Shown piece by piece: positions 39,101 to 48,994 of a stretch of 64,000 nt of DNA (positions are counted from its first letter, which is position 1; each line of letters starts with the position of its first letter). The stretch is from Callorhinchus milii (taxonomy: Eukaryota), in NCBI RefSeq assembly GCF_018977255.1, contig NW_024704742.1, positions 29,514,001-29,578,000 of the forward strand. The letters are read 5' to 3'. Under the pieces are notes generated by a model. That model did no database searches, was not told the origin of the DNA, and saw only the letters and a program-made list of their open reading frames with translations. The position numbers and the translations under genes were made by a program.

Positions 39101-41278
39101 ATCTGTCTCCTACCCCCGCTCCTCCCCCTGGTACACCACCCACCTCCGCTCACTGAAAAGCCAGGTGCGGGCCGCTGAACGCACCTGTGTCAAATCTGGC
39201 CTAACGGTCCACCGACAAATCTGGCTGGACCTCCTCAAAATTTACCGCTCCACTCTAGCCTCGGCCAAGTCGTCCTTCTACTCCAGGATAATCCTGGAGG
39301 CGAAGAACAACCCCAGGCTACTGTTTTCCACCACAACCCGACTCCTCCGTCCCCCCCGCCACCCCGCGCAGGTCATCTCCTCCAACCTTCACTGCGAGGA
39401 GATGCTGGATTTCCTTGAATCCAAGATCAAGGGAATTCGCTCCGCGGTCACTTCCCCTCCAACATCCACCAACCCCCCACCCCCTCCTCCCACACTCCGA
39501 CTGCTACCCATCCTCCCCGACTCGTACCCGTTTCCCCACCCTCTGTCACCAAACTCATCCTATCCCTAAAACCAACCACCTGCTCCCTTGACCCCATCCC
39601 CACTCCACTCCTTATCTCCCAGCTCCACTTTCTTGCCCCACATATCACCGTCAACCTGTCCCTCTCCTCTGGCTCTGTCCCCATTCCCTTAAAAACTGCC
39701 ACCATCACGCCCACCCTGAAAAAACCCTCCCTTGATGCGTCGCAGCTATCAAGCTACCGGCCCATCTCCAACCTCCCCTTTCTCTCCAAGGTCCTGGAAA
39801 GAGTTGTCGCCTCCCAACTGCGCTCTTTCCTTTCCACCCATTCATTTTTCGAACCCCTTCAGTCAGGTTTCCGTGCTGCCCATAGCACAGAAACTGCCCT
39901 GGTCAAGGTCACCAATGATATCCTGACCATCTGTGACCAGGGCTCCCTCTGCCTCCTCGTCCTCCTCGACCTATCGGCAGCATTCGATACGGTCGACCAC
40001 GCTATCCTACTCCACCGCTTGTCCTCCCACCTCAACCTTCAAGGCACTGTCCTTGAGTGGTTTAGGTCGTACCTTTCTCACCGTCTTCACTTTGTCTCCA
40101 CGAATGGCTTCTCCTCCACCCCCCGCACTGTCTCATGTGGTGTCCCTCAGGGCTCTGTCCTCGGTCCCCTCCTCTTCACCCTCTATATGCTCCCCCTTGG
40201 TGACATCATCCGCAGACATGGGTTAACTTCCACATGTATGCGGATGACACCCAACTCTACCTTTCCTCCTCTACTCTCAACTCCACGACCACCGATGTCC
40301 TGACAGCCTGCCTGTCCGACATCGAGTCCTGGACGAGAGACAACTTTCTTCAGCTCAACGTGCGAAAAACCGAGGCCCTCCTGATTGGCTCACGTCAGCG
40401 CCTCCGCACCTCAGGCGCTGACACCATCAGCATCCAAGGCTGCACTCTCCACCTCTCAAAGCCAGTCAGGAACCTCGGCGTTTTGTTCGACCCTGAGCTG
40501 TCCTTTCTCCCTCACATCCGCACCACAACTGGCACCGCCTTCCATCACCTCCGGAACATCGCCAGACTACGGCACTACCTCACCCCTCACGCTGCTGAAA
40601 CCCTGGTCCACGCCTTTGTCACCTCAAGGCTGGACTATGGGAACTCTCTCCTCGCCGGCCTTCCCGCCACCTCCCTCCACAAGCTGCAGGTCATTCAGAA
40701 CTCTGCAGCTCGTGTACTGTCCCGCACCAGGCTTCGGGACCACATCACTCCCACCCTCGCTCGCCTCCACTGGCTCCCCATCCCCCAGAGGATTGATTTC
40801 AAGATCCTCATCCTCACCTACAAGGCCATTCACGGCCTTGCTCCCTCCTACCTCTCTGACCTACTATCCCCCTACCTACCTGCCCGTACCCTCCGTTCCT
40901 CCGGCTCCGGTCTGCTCCACGTCCCCCGCCCCAACCGCCCTACCATCGGTGGTCGGGCCTTCAGCCTCTCAGCCCCGAGGCTCTGGAACTCCATCCCCCA
41001 GTGCCTTCGCCGCCTCCTCCCTCTCCTCCTTCAAGGCCGGTCTCAAAACCTTTCTCTTTGACCGTGCCTTCAGCTCCCCTCTCGACTCTCTTCCCCCTCC
41101 TCGCTCCCTCCCTTCCCTCCCTCACCCTGACCATTTCCCCCTCCTCGCTCCCTCCCTTCCCTCCCCTCACCCTGACCATTTNCCCCCCTGCTCGGGTCCT
41201 GACCCAACTGTGCAGCGCCTTGGGACGTCCTCCTGACGTGAAAGGCGCTTTATAAATGGAATCTTGTTGTTGTTGTTG
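39101..41278 (+). mobile_element. L2 LINE, 5'-truncated young copy with RT domain
   Basis: [64 protein letters not shown]; few frameshifts; (TTG)n tail. Confidence 0.95.
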
Positions 41279-41279
41279 A

Positions 41280-42196
41280 ACCTGACAGACTGACTGTCAG
41301 ACATCAAGTCCTGGATGAGGGCAAGTTTCCTACAGTTGAGTGTGAACAAGACTGAGGCCCTCCTGATTGCTCGCGCCAGTGTCTCTGCACCTCAGGCTCT
41401 GGCAGCATCAACCTCTATCGTTGCTCACTACAACTCACCAGCCAGTCAGGAACCTCGGTGTCTTGTTCGACCCTCAATTGTCTTTTCTTCCCCACATCCA
41501 AGCCATGACCTGCTCTGCCTTTCCTCACCTCCGTAACATCGCCCGACTCTGCCAATACCTCACCCCTCAGGCCGCTGAAACTCTTGTTCATGCCTTCATC
41601 ACCTCCAGGCTCAACTATGCAAACCCCCTGCTTGTCGGCCTTCCCAACTCCTCCCTCCACAGGCTGCAGATGATCCAGAACTCTGCAGCCCATGTCCTCT
41701 CCTGCACCAGACTCCGTGACACCATCTCCCCCATTCTCGCCCGACTCCATTGGCTCCCTATCCTTCAGAGGATCCAGTTCAGGATCCTGGTCTTCACCTA
41801 CACAGCCCTCCATGGCAGTGCCTCACCCTACCTCTGCGACCTCCTAACCCCCTATCAACCTGCTCGCTCCCTCCGCTCAGCCGACTCTGGCCTGCTTCAT
41901 GTCCCCACCCACCCGACCCACCATTAGCAGGAAAGCCTTCAGCCACTCTGCCCCCAACCTCTGGAATTCTATCCCCCAATCACTCCTCCTCGCCCCCTCC
42001 TTAGCCTCCATCACGTCCCACCTCAAAACTCCCTTATTCAACCATGCCATTGGTCACCCCCCTTCCCCTCCCCTCCCTTCACCACCCCGCCCCCACCACC
42101 CCAGCTCGGGTCTGCAATGCTGTACACTGTCCAGGTCTTGGGACGTCCTCCCGACATGAAAGGCGCTGTACAAATGCAATGTTGTTGTTGTTGTTG
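41280..42196 (+). mobile_element. L2 LINE 3' fragment (older), directly behind the young copy
   Basis: [29 protein letters not shown] and tail. Confidence 0.9.
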
Positions 42197-42601
42197 AAAC
42201 GTTGAGACATTCATTCATTTCAACTATTGCTACTTTCATACACACATATCTATCTCTTGGAGTGTCTGTGTATCGAGCAGCAGCTTTGTCTTACCAGAAA
42301 TTTCTCCCAACTAAGCACACACGGGACTCTTTACCCCAAACTCTTTGGACACAATGCAAATGTTCAAAATAGTTGAATCACAAAGCAATGAAATCCTATT
42401 TACAGATGGGATGATCTCTCTGTTGGAGGAAATGGAATGGCAGCTTGGAATCTCCCTCGGCAACTCTTCACGGACAAAGTGTTGATCATACACGTGTGTT
42501 GTTTTTTGTACCATCGAATTCCTGGCACACCAGGTCCCAGGCTTCCTGTTTCTCTAAAGTTCTGCCAAACGCGGAAGCCAAGTTACAGTCCAAGTCCAGC
42601 A

Positions 42602-43530
42602 ATGTTTGACGTGGAGAGGGATCAGGATGAAGAGTAGGAGACACCCGATTCCCAAATGAAGAGGAAGCGGGTCCACAAATCGTCCCGCGGCCGAGCGCTG
42701 CCTTTTCGGGAGCGGAGAGAAGTGGCAGATGCAGAAGCCGCTCAGGCCGGTGCCTCACACACTCTCAGACGGTTTGCTTCGCGACTGAGAAAGTGGATTC
42801 GGCGGCGACTGAACCTCAACAGCCCCGAAACACCAGTGGCCACGATCAGTGAGGGCCCCCCCGGCACAATAACAAATCTGTACCGTTTGCAACTTGAAGC
42901 TTCAGCTTCTATATCTGGATCTGAGTATAACATTGACAACACATCAGCTTCTGCATCTGCACCGGAGATCAGCAATGACTGAACAACAAAGATTGAGGAA
43001 GACTGTTACGAGCCAATATTAAGAGACTTCCTATTGGTCTCGGATTAGGAAACGCGCTGTGGTATCAGGACATTTAGCAGAAAAAAGTTCTTGCCAAAAG
43101 CCTTTATTGCCCACAGACAGTGTATGAGCCTCTCAACCTATTCGGGTGCTGACAGACAGCTGCTAATCTGCGTGAGGGACTGTCTCCGTGATCTGAAGGG
43201 TGACATGACTTTTCTTGTGCAACAGCTGGTGGGCGACCCAGAGCCGCCTCCCACTCTGTGCACTGACAGCCTGTGTGAACACAACACACAACTCATCAGT
43301 ACATTACAGACCTGCTGCGGTGAACAGGACTCACAGGGAAACCTGCTCCAACTGGCAAAACCTCCACTGTTACTGTTACTGTTGGGTAATAGAGGGCAAT
43401 TGCATGTTTTACGGAAGTGATTTGGCTGCGTTCAAGGACGTGTATAACTGTTTGCTGGAGATGGACACAGAGAAGCTCTGGTACAGCTGGAGGCATCGGT
43501 GGAAAGCAGCTGAAAATCTCGATGTGGCTT
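42602..43530 (+). pseudogene. Copy C: 5' fragment of the copy B-type gene
   Basis: Colinear with rc 48326-47400. Stops at 42635, 42980 and ~43046, indels near 43360-43420, homology ends after AAENLDV. Confidence 0.85.
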
Positions 43531-43721
43531 TTCCAGGCAGGGACTCAATGGGTGTAAAGAGTGTAGACACATTTACTTGACACCATGTTACTTTCAAATA
43601 TAGGTTTTATTAAAGTTTGAACAGACAAATCAGCTATACTGTATCCCTTATACAGCTTCACTAAGCAACGGACAGAATTAAAATCATATTACCCACTACT
43701 CCTCCTCTTTCACCTTTAATC

Positions 43722-44240
43722 GAATTCAAGATCCTCATCCTCACCTACAAGGCCATACACGGCCTTGCTCCCTCCTACCTCTCCGACCTACTATCCCCCG
43801 ACTTACCTGCCCGTACCCTCCGTTCCTCTGGCTCCGGTCTGCTGCACATCCCCCGCCCTAACCGCCCTACCATCCGTGGCCGGGCTTTCAGCCTCTCAGC
43901 CCCTGGGCTCTGGAACTCCATCCCCCAGTGCCTTCTCCCTTTCCTCCTTCAAGGCCGGTCTCACGACCTTTCTCTTTGACCGTGCCTTCAGCTCCCCTCT
44001 CGACTCTCTACCCCCTCCTCGCTCCCTCCCTTCCTTCCCCTCACCCTGACCATTTCCCCCTCCTCGCTCCCTCCCTTCCCTCCCCTCACCCTGACCATTT
44101 CCCCCCTGCTCGGGTCCTGACCCAACTGTCCAGCGCCTTGGGATGTCCTCCCAACGTGAAAGGCGCTCTATAAATGGAATCTTGTTGTTGTTGTCCTCCC
44201 GACGTGAAAGGCGCTCCATAAATGAAATGCTGTTGTTGTA
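43722..44240 (+). mobile_element. L2 LINE 3' end with duplicated tail
   Basis: Matches 40795-41278; terminal ~45 bp repeated at 44194-44238. Confidence 0.85.
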
Positions 44241-44290
44241 TCTTGTTGTTAATAGTCACTTTCTTACTGGAGATAAATTCCTTCATCCCC

Positions 44291-44766
44291 GTACATATAC
44301 ACAGATGCAGTAGAATCGATAGGGATTCCACTGGGAAGTGGGCTGACCCTCTATACAACTCCAACTATTTCAGTGTTACATCTTTCTTTTATGTATTTCT
44401 AACTCCACCTCCCTTGTCACAGAGATAGCCCCCACCTTTCGCAGGCTGCTTTGTACAGAGAGAGATATGGACAACTTCTGGGCAGCTTTCCACAGCCTGC
44501 TTTGTTTCTCAGCCTTGAGATACGCAGGTGTCTGAGGCTGTAGCCTTTTCTTTCTGTGGTCCATTCTTCTTGCATCTATCCTGAAGGTCCCGATTGCTCA
44601 TTATCTCATAGGAGTGAACATCTTCCCAGGAAAATATGAAATGTAATCAGAAGCTAACCTCAACCTGTCCAGCAAAGCTACTTTTAACCTCCACTTCTTC
44701 TGGAACATTCGGTTGCTGCTATCAATACACTAATGTATCGTGAAGTGATAGTCAGTATATTTCAAC
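44291..44766 (+). repeat. Direct repeat, copy 1 (copy B stop codon + 3' flank)
   Basis: Highly similar to 48995-49468; weaker similarity also between ~43660-43720 and ~48790-48850. Confidence 0.85.
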
Positions 44767-47727
44767 AAGAGTCCCCTGAGACATCTCCCTACATTTCAAG
44801 TCATCAACAAGGTATGGGTCATTGTTGCAAAGACTTTTAAAAAACAAATCCATTGCATTTTCCCCTTTCTTAATCGTGTAATCTAACATGCAGGTGATTT
44901 GTTCATTGCGAATATTTTCTCCTCTGATTCTCTGGTATTCATTATCGTTAATAATACTTTCATGTCTCAGATCATCCAGAAGACTTTTGATGTCTGAGAT
45001 CCTCTTAATTAAAGCTGTCCTGTGTCGAACCACAAAATGCTGTTCAGTGGGAGATGGCCTCCGGCAGCTGAGTGGTTCATTTAAAGAAGGTAAACTGGCC
45101 GATTGCACTACTTGGGATTCTGCTTTAATTATCTCATCAATGATGTCTTCACCTTCCAGCATAATGTTTCCCTTCTCTTGTTGCTGCACAATTAGGCTGA
45201 TACTTTCGTCATTATTAACCAGCAGAGGGATCCCATCTTGTTTGTAATAGACAGAGAGTTTTCTCTCCGGCAGCACAGTGTTTAATTTGTGGCTGAATTC
45301 TCTGTAACTAATTTCTTGGTGAATCCTCATGATACAATGATTCTTACCATCAAGGTTGAGAATGAAATATTCCGCATTTTCAAACTGCAATATTTCATCA
45401 TCAATGGTTTCCTCAAATATCACAGAGTTTTTGTCTCGTGTAATCTGCAGCACCAGAGGCCATTGGACCCAGTCCTTTATATTAAGAGCAATCAGATACT
45501 TAGTCATGGGATCCATAAGGCTCAGTGCTTCCTTGTACTCACTGCCATCTCTTGGAGTGACCCTAAGGAGTGAATTGTCAGAAGTAACGTCCTTAAAGAG
45601 TAGTCTATAACAAACATTCCCTTTAATACTGATATTTGAAATAAACACTCGTTTATAACCTTTCAGCTTTGTATCCAGTCCCTGCACCAGTGAGCCACTC
45701 CTGGGTATCAAAAACACCCTCAGTGTTACTCTGCAGTCAATGTACTGACGTCCCACTGGTTTGTATAACAAACAGTAAGCACGTGTCTGAGTAAATAATC
45801 TTCGCAGCTTTTCTATGACCGCTAGCGGAGAGAGGGACTCTGTGAACAGCAACAGGTGTCTTTCCAGCACAGCGAGTGGAACCACAAGCTCCAGGTTTCC
45901 ATCTTGGATGTGTCCGACCTGGGTGGGTGATGTTTCCAGCAGAGAGCGAAGCTTTGCCGGCCACGACCTCATCTCACTGCCTGATGCCCTGAGGTATTCA
46001 CAAAGCAGCTGAAGAGCTCTCTGCCCTTTTGACAAGATCAGCTTCACAGCAGCTTCACAATCCTCCTGTAGGAGGACTTTAAACAGTCTTGATTTCTCTT
46101 CTGCACTTAGCACTGCTTCTAACTTCTTACACAAGCAATTCCCCACATCTTGGTATTTCATGGTCAGAAGAGTCAATAGACTCTCTGCAAGAACTGAGGG
46201 GCTCAGCTCAGTTTCACACGGAGTGTACGTGGGAAGAAACACCATCACCTTTGTCCCTTTGGTTTGTGTGTGCACATCAAACACAGGACCAACCAGGGAC
46301 ACCTGATCCACGAAGCTTTCAAACACCTTCGGGCTGATCTCTCTCATCTCAGGGGCTTCACTCCACTGGCCACAAACCACTCGAAGCGTCTTATGTTCCA
46401 GCACCTTTATGTGTTGCCTCTGGAACAGGTTCTCTCCCTCATTTCTAGATAAGTCCACGTCTTCCTGCAGCTCAACAGCACTGAGTGCTGCTCCTATGAT
46501 ACACTGTATTTGCCGGTGACATTTATAATCACTGACTTTACAAAGCAGCAGGAAGCACAGCTCTGTGAAGCTCATCTGCTGCTCGTGTGTCAGTCTGTAC
46601 AGGAGGTGGAACATTCGCTGCTGGTGGTTGTACCAAGGATCAGTTGCCGTTTTCTCTATGTCGCTCTCACTGAAACCAAAATCTCTGGCTACTGCCGTCC
46701 ATTCAGAGGCCAGAGCTCCTGCCATTCGGTACAGCCACGGGTCAGGCAGTGAGGGCTTCCTACAATATCTATGACAGTAACGTGTTGCTGTAGTTACACG
46801 TGCAGTGTTGGGTGTCCAGTGTTTGGTGTGTAAGTGCAGTTTGGGTGGACGACTCTCAGAGGAGATATTTGCAGGTAAGACAGTGACATATGAGCTGTTG
46901 TCTGTTTTCGTACTTGTCTTCTGTTTCAGTGGTTTCTCGTCCCTGAACCTGATAACATTGCTGCTGCCCATGCACTTACCCAACTCTTGGGCAATATGTG
47001 GATATCCGAAGACTGACAGTGTCTCTAAAAACACCTCTGCCTCAGTGGGACTGCACCACATCACTCTGTTCAATGAGATTTCCTCTTTAAATACATGTTT
47101 GTGTAGCAGTAACTTCAGGCATTTTAGTTTCTTTGCCCACTTGGAGTTGATGACTGCGGGCAGGAAAATCTTGTCTCCTCTCAAGTTGTGGAAAGTTTCC
47201 ACCTGATCTGGTTTTGTTTTGATTGACAAGAGAAGAGCGTGGAGAAATTCTCTTTTGCACCAATTTTCTTGCCGTTTGATATGGTCGAAAAGGGCGATGT
47301 AGGAGGAGATTGACGGTTGTTCTAAGAGCCTGTAACCAAGAGGTTTCCAGGAAAGATCAGCACAGAGTAGCTCAGCCAGAGTCTCCAAATCCACTTTAGT
47401 CACATCAAGATTTTCAGCCGCTTCCACCGAAGTCTCCAGCTGTACCAAAGCTTCTCTGTCCATCTCCAGCAAACAGTTATACACATCCTTGAACGCAGCC
47501 ATATCACTTCCGTAAAACAAGTAATTGAACTCTGTTGGGTCCAAGTGGTTGTTGCTGCTTTGTACGAGAGCTTTTGCCAGTTGGAGCAGGTTTCCCTGTG
47601 AGTCCTGTTCACCGCAGCAGGTCTGTAATGTACTGATGAGTTGTGTGTTGTGTTCACACAGGCTGTCAGTGCACAGAGTGGGAGGCGGCTCTGGGTCGCC
47701 CACCAGTTGTTGCACAAGAAAAGTCAT
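44752..47727 (-). CDS. Copy B: intronless NLRP1/CARD8-like protein, death-fold/DD - FIIND - PB1-like - CARD (991 aa from first in-frame ATG)
   Basis: Open for about 1000 codons. DD ~46750-46485. FIIND ~46400-45400 (VGPVFDV, VFLP, QVGH at 45912, ESL|SPLAV with Ser at 45831, CLLYK, VTLRVFLIP). PB1-like ~45370-45145. CARD ~45045-44795. The ancestral start is probably the Kozak ATG at 48326, now cut off by a frameshift and a TAG. Confidence 0.8.
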   Translation of the reverse strand: MTFLVQQLVGDPEPPPTLCTDSLCEHNTQLISTLQTCCGEQDSQGNLLQLAKALVQSSNNHLDPTEFNYLFYGSDMAAFKDVYNCLLEMDREALVQLETSVEAAENLDVTKVDLETLAELLCADLSWKPLGYRLLEQPSISSYIALFDHIKRQENWCKREFLHALLLSIKTKPDQVETFHNLRGDKIFLPAVINSKWAKKLKCLKLLLHKHVFKEEISLNRVMWCSPTEAEVFLETLSVFGYPHIAQELGKCMGSSNVIRFRDEKPLKQKTSTKTDNSSYVTVLPANISSESRPPKLHLHTKHWTPNTARVTTATRYCHRYCRKPSLPDPWLYRMAGALASEWTAVARDFGFSESDIEKTATDPWYNHQQRMFHLLYRLTHEQQMSFTELCFLLLCKVSDYKCHRQIQCIIGAALSAVELQEDVDLSRNEGENLFQRQHIKVLEHKTLRVVCGQWSEAPEMREISPKVFESFVDQVSLVGPVFDVHTQTKGTKVMVFLPTYTPCETELSPSVLAESLLTLLTMKYQDVGNCLCKKLEAVLSAEEKSRLFKVLLQEDCEAAVKLILSKGQRALQLLCEYLRASGSEMRSWPAKLRSLLETSPTQVGHIQDGNLELVVPLAVLERHLLLFTESLSPLAVIEKLRRLFTQTRAYCLLYKPVGRQYIDCRVTLRVFLIPRSGSLVQGLDTKLKGYKRVFISNISIKGNVCYRLLFKDVTSDNSLLRVTPRDGSEYKEALSLMDPMTKYLIALNIKDWVQWPLVLQITRDKNSVIFEETIDDEILQFENAEYFILNLDGKNHCIMRIHQEISYREFSHKLNTVLPERKLSVYYKQDGIPLLVNNDESISLIVQQQEKGNIMLEGEDIIDEIIKAESQVVQSASLPSLNEPLSCRRPSPTEQHFVVRHRTALIKRISDIKSLLDDLRHESIINDNEYQRIRGENIRNEQITCMLDYTIKKGENAMDLFFKSLCNNDPYLVDDLKCREMSQGTLVEIY

Positions 47728-48326
47728 GTCACCCTTCAGATCACGGAGACAGTCCCTCACGCAGATTAGCAGCTATCTGTCTGCACCCGAATAGGTTGAG
47801 AGGCTCCTACACTGTCTGTGGGCAATAAAGGCTTTTGGCAAGAACTTTTTTCTGCTAAATGTCCTGATACCACAGCGCGTTTCCTGATCCGAGACCAATA
47901 GGAAGTCTCTTAATATTGGCTCGTAACAGTCTTCCCCACTCTCCATTATACAGTCATTGCTGATCTCCAGTGCAGATGCAGAAGCTGATGTGTTATCAAT
48001 GTTATACCCAGATTCAAATACAGAAGCTGATTCTTCAGGTTGCAAACAGCAATTTGTTATTGTGCCGGGGGGCCCTTACTGATCGTGGCCGCTGGTGTCT
48101 CGGGGCTGTTGAGGTTCAGTCGCCGCCGAATCCACTTTCTCAGTCGCAGAAAAGCCCGTCTGAGAGTGTGTGAGGCACCGGCCTGAGCGGCTTCTGCATC
48201 TGCCACTTCTCTCCGCTCCCGAAAAGGCAGGGCTCGGCCGCGGGATGATTTGTGGCCCCGTTTCCTCTTCACTTGGGAATCGGTTGTCTCTTGCTCTTTA
48301 TCACGATCCCTCTCCACGTCAGCCAT
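47728..48326 (-). pseudogene. Disrupted ancestral N-terminal extension of copy B
   Basis: GCCATGG at 48326 (MADVERDRDKEQ...). C6 run at 48067-48072 where copy C has C7; in-frame TAG at 47773-47775 where copy C has CAG. Repairing both gives one 1191-aa ORF. Confidence 0.7.
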
Positions 48327-48994
48327 GGCAGGACTTGGACTGTAACTTGGCTTCCGCGATTGCCAGAACTTTACAGAAACAGGAAGGGCTGGAACCTGGT
48401 GGGGAAGATCTCGTTGCTGATGTAACGATGAGGTAAAATGTCAGCAGTAATAAAACTTTGGGGAAAGCCTTGAATTGACAAAACAATAAGCCAGGGAATG
48501 GACCTCAACATACAGGGCAGAGATCAGCTCCTGGAAATCCTCAGGGACAATTGATTCTGTAACACAAAACATAATAGGGACTGGTGCCCGGTAACCCTCG
48601 GACACAACCAATCCTATATAAAACATACACAGCAGAGATCACAGAACTATCACACAGAATCACAGAGAGTGGCTCCTGTAAACTCAACAGAAAGAATCGG
48701 CTCTTAGCCCAGCATTTCACTCGTGCTTGCATAACCTGACTTCCGCATTTCAAATGGACCAACCACTACAACTGTTATTTCCTCTCTGCCTAATAAACAG
48801 AACCAAAAACATATTAACCACTCCTCCTCCACTTTCACTTTTAATTTTGAACTCATTTTAATTTTTTTACCTCACCCCTCAGGCCGCTGAACCTCTTGTT
48901 CATGCCTTCAGCACCAAACTCTGTGAACCCATCTCCCCTATTCTTGCCCAACTCCATTGACTCCCTATCCTTCAGAGGATCCAGTTCAAGATCC

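Larger units (their letters stand above)
37700..43530 (+). repeat. Left arm of a large inverted segmental duplication (partner ~47400-54960)
   Basis: 37700-38400 ~ rc 54960-54295; 38410-39100 ~ rc 52645-51966; 42205-42510 ~ rc 51965-51670; 42525-43530 ~ rc 48400-47400. Confidence 0.85.

Noticed and set aside
47773..47778. Programmed stop readthrough at TAG-CTG (and TAA-CAC at 35271)
   Set aside because: Neither matches strong readthrough contexts, and paralogues show sense codons, so simple C>T nonsense changes are more parsimonious.
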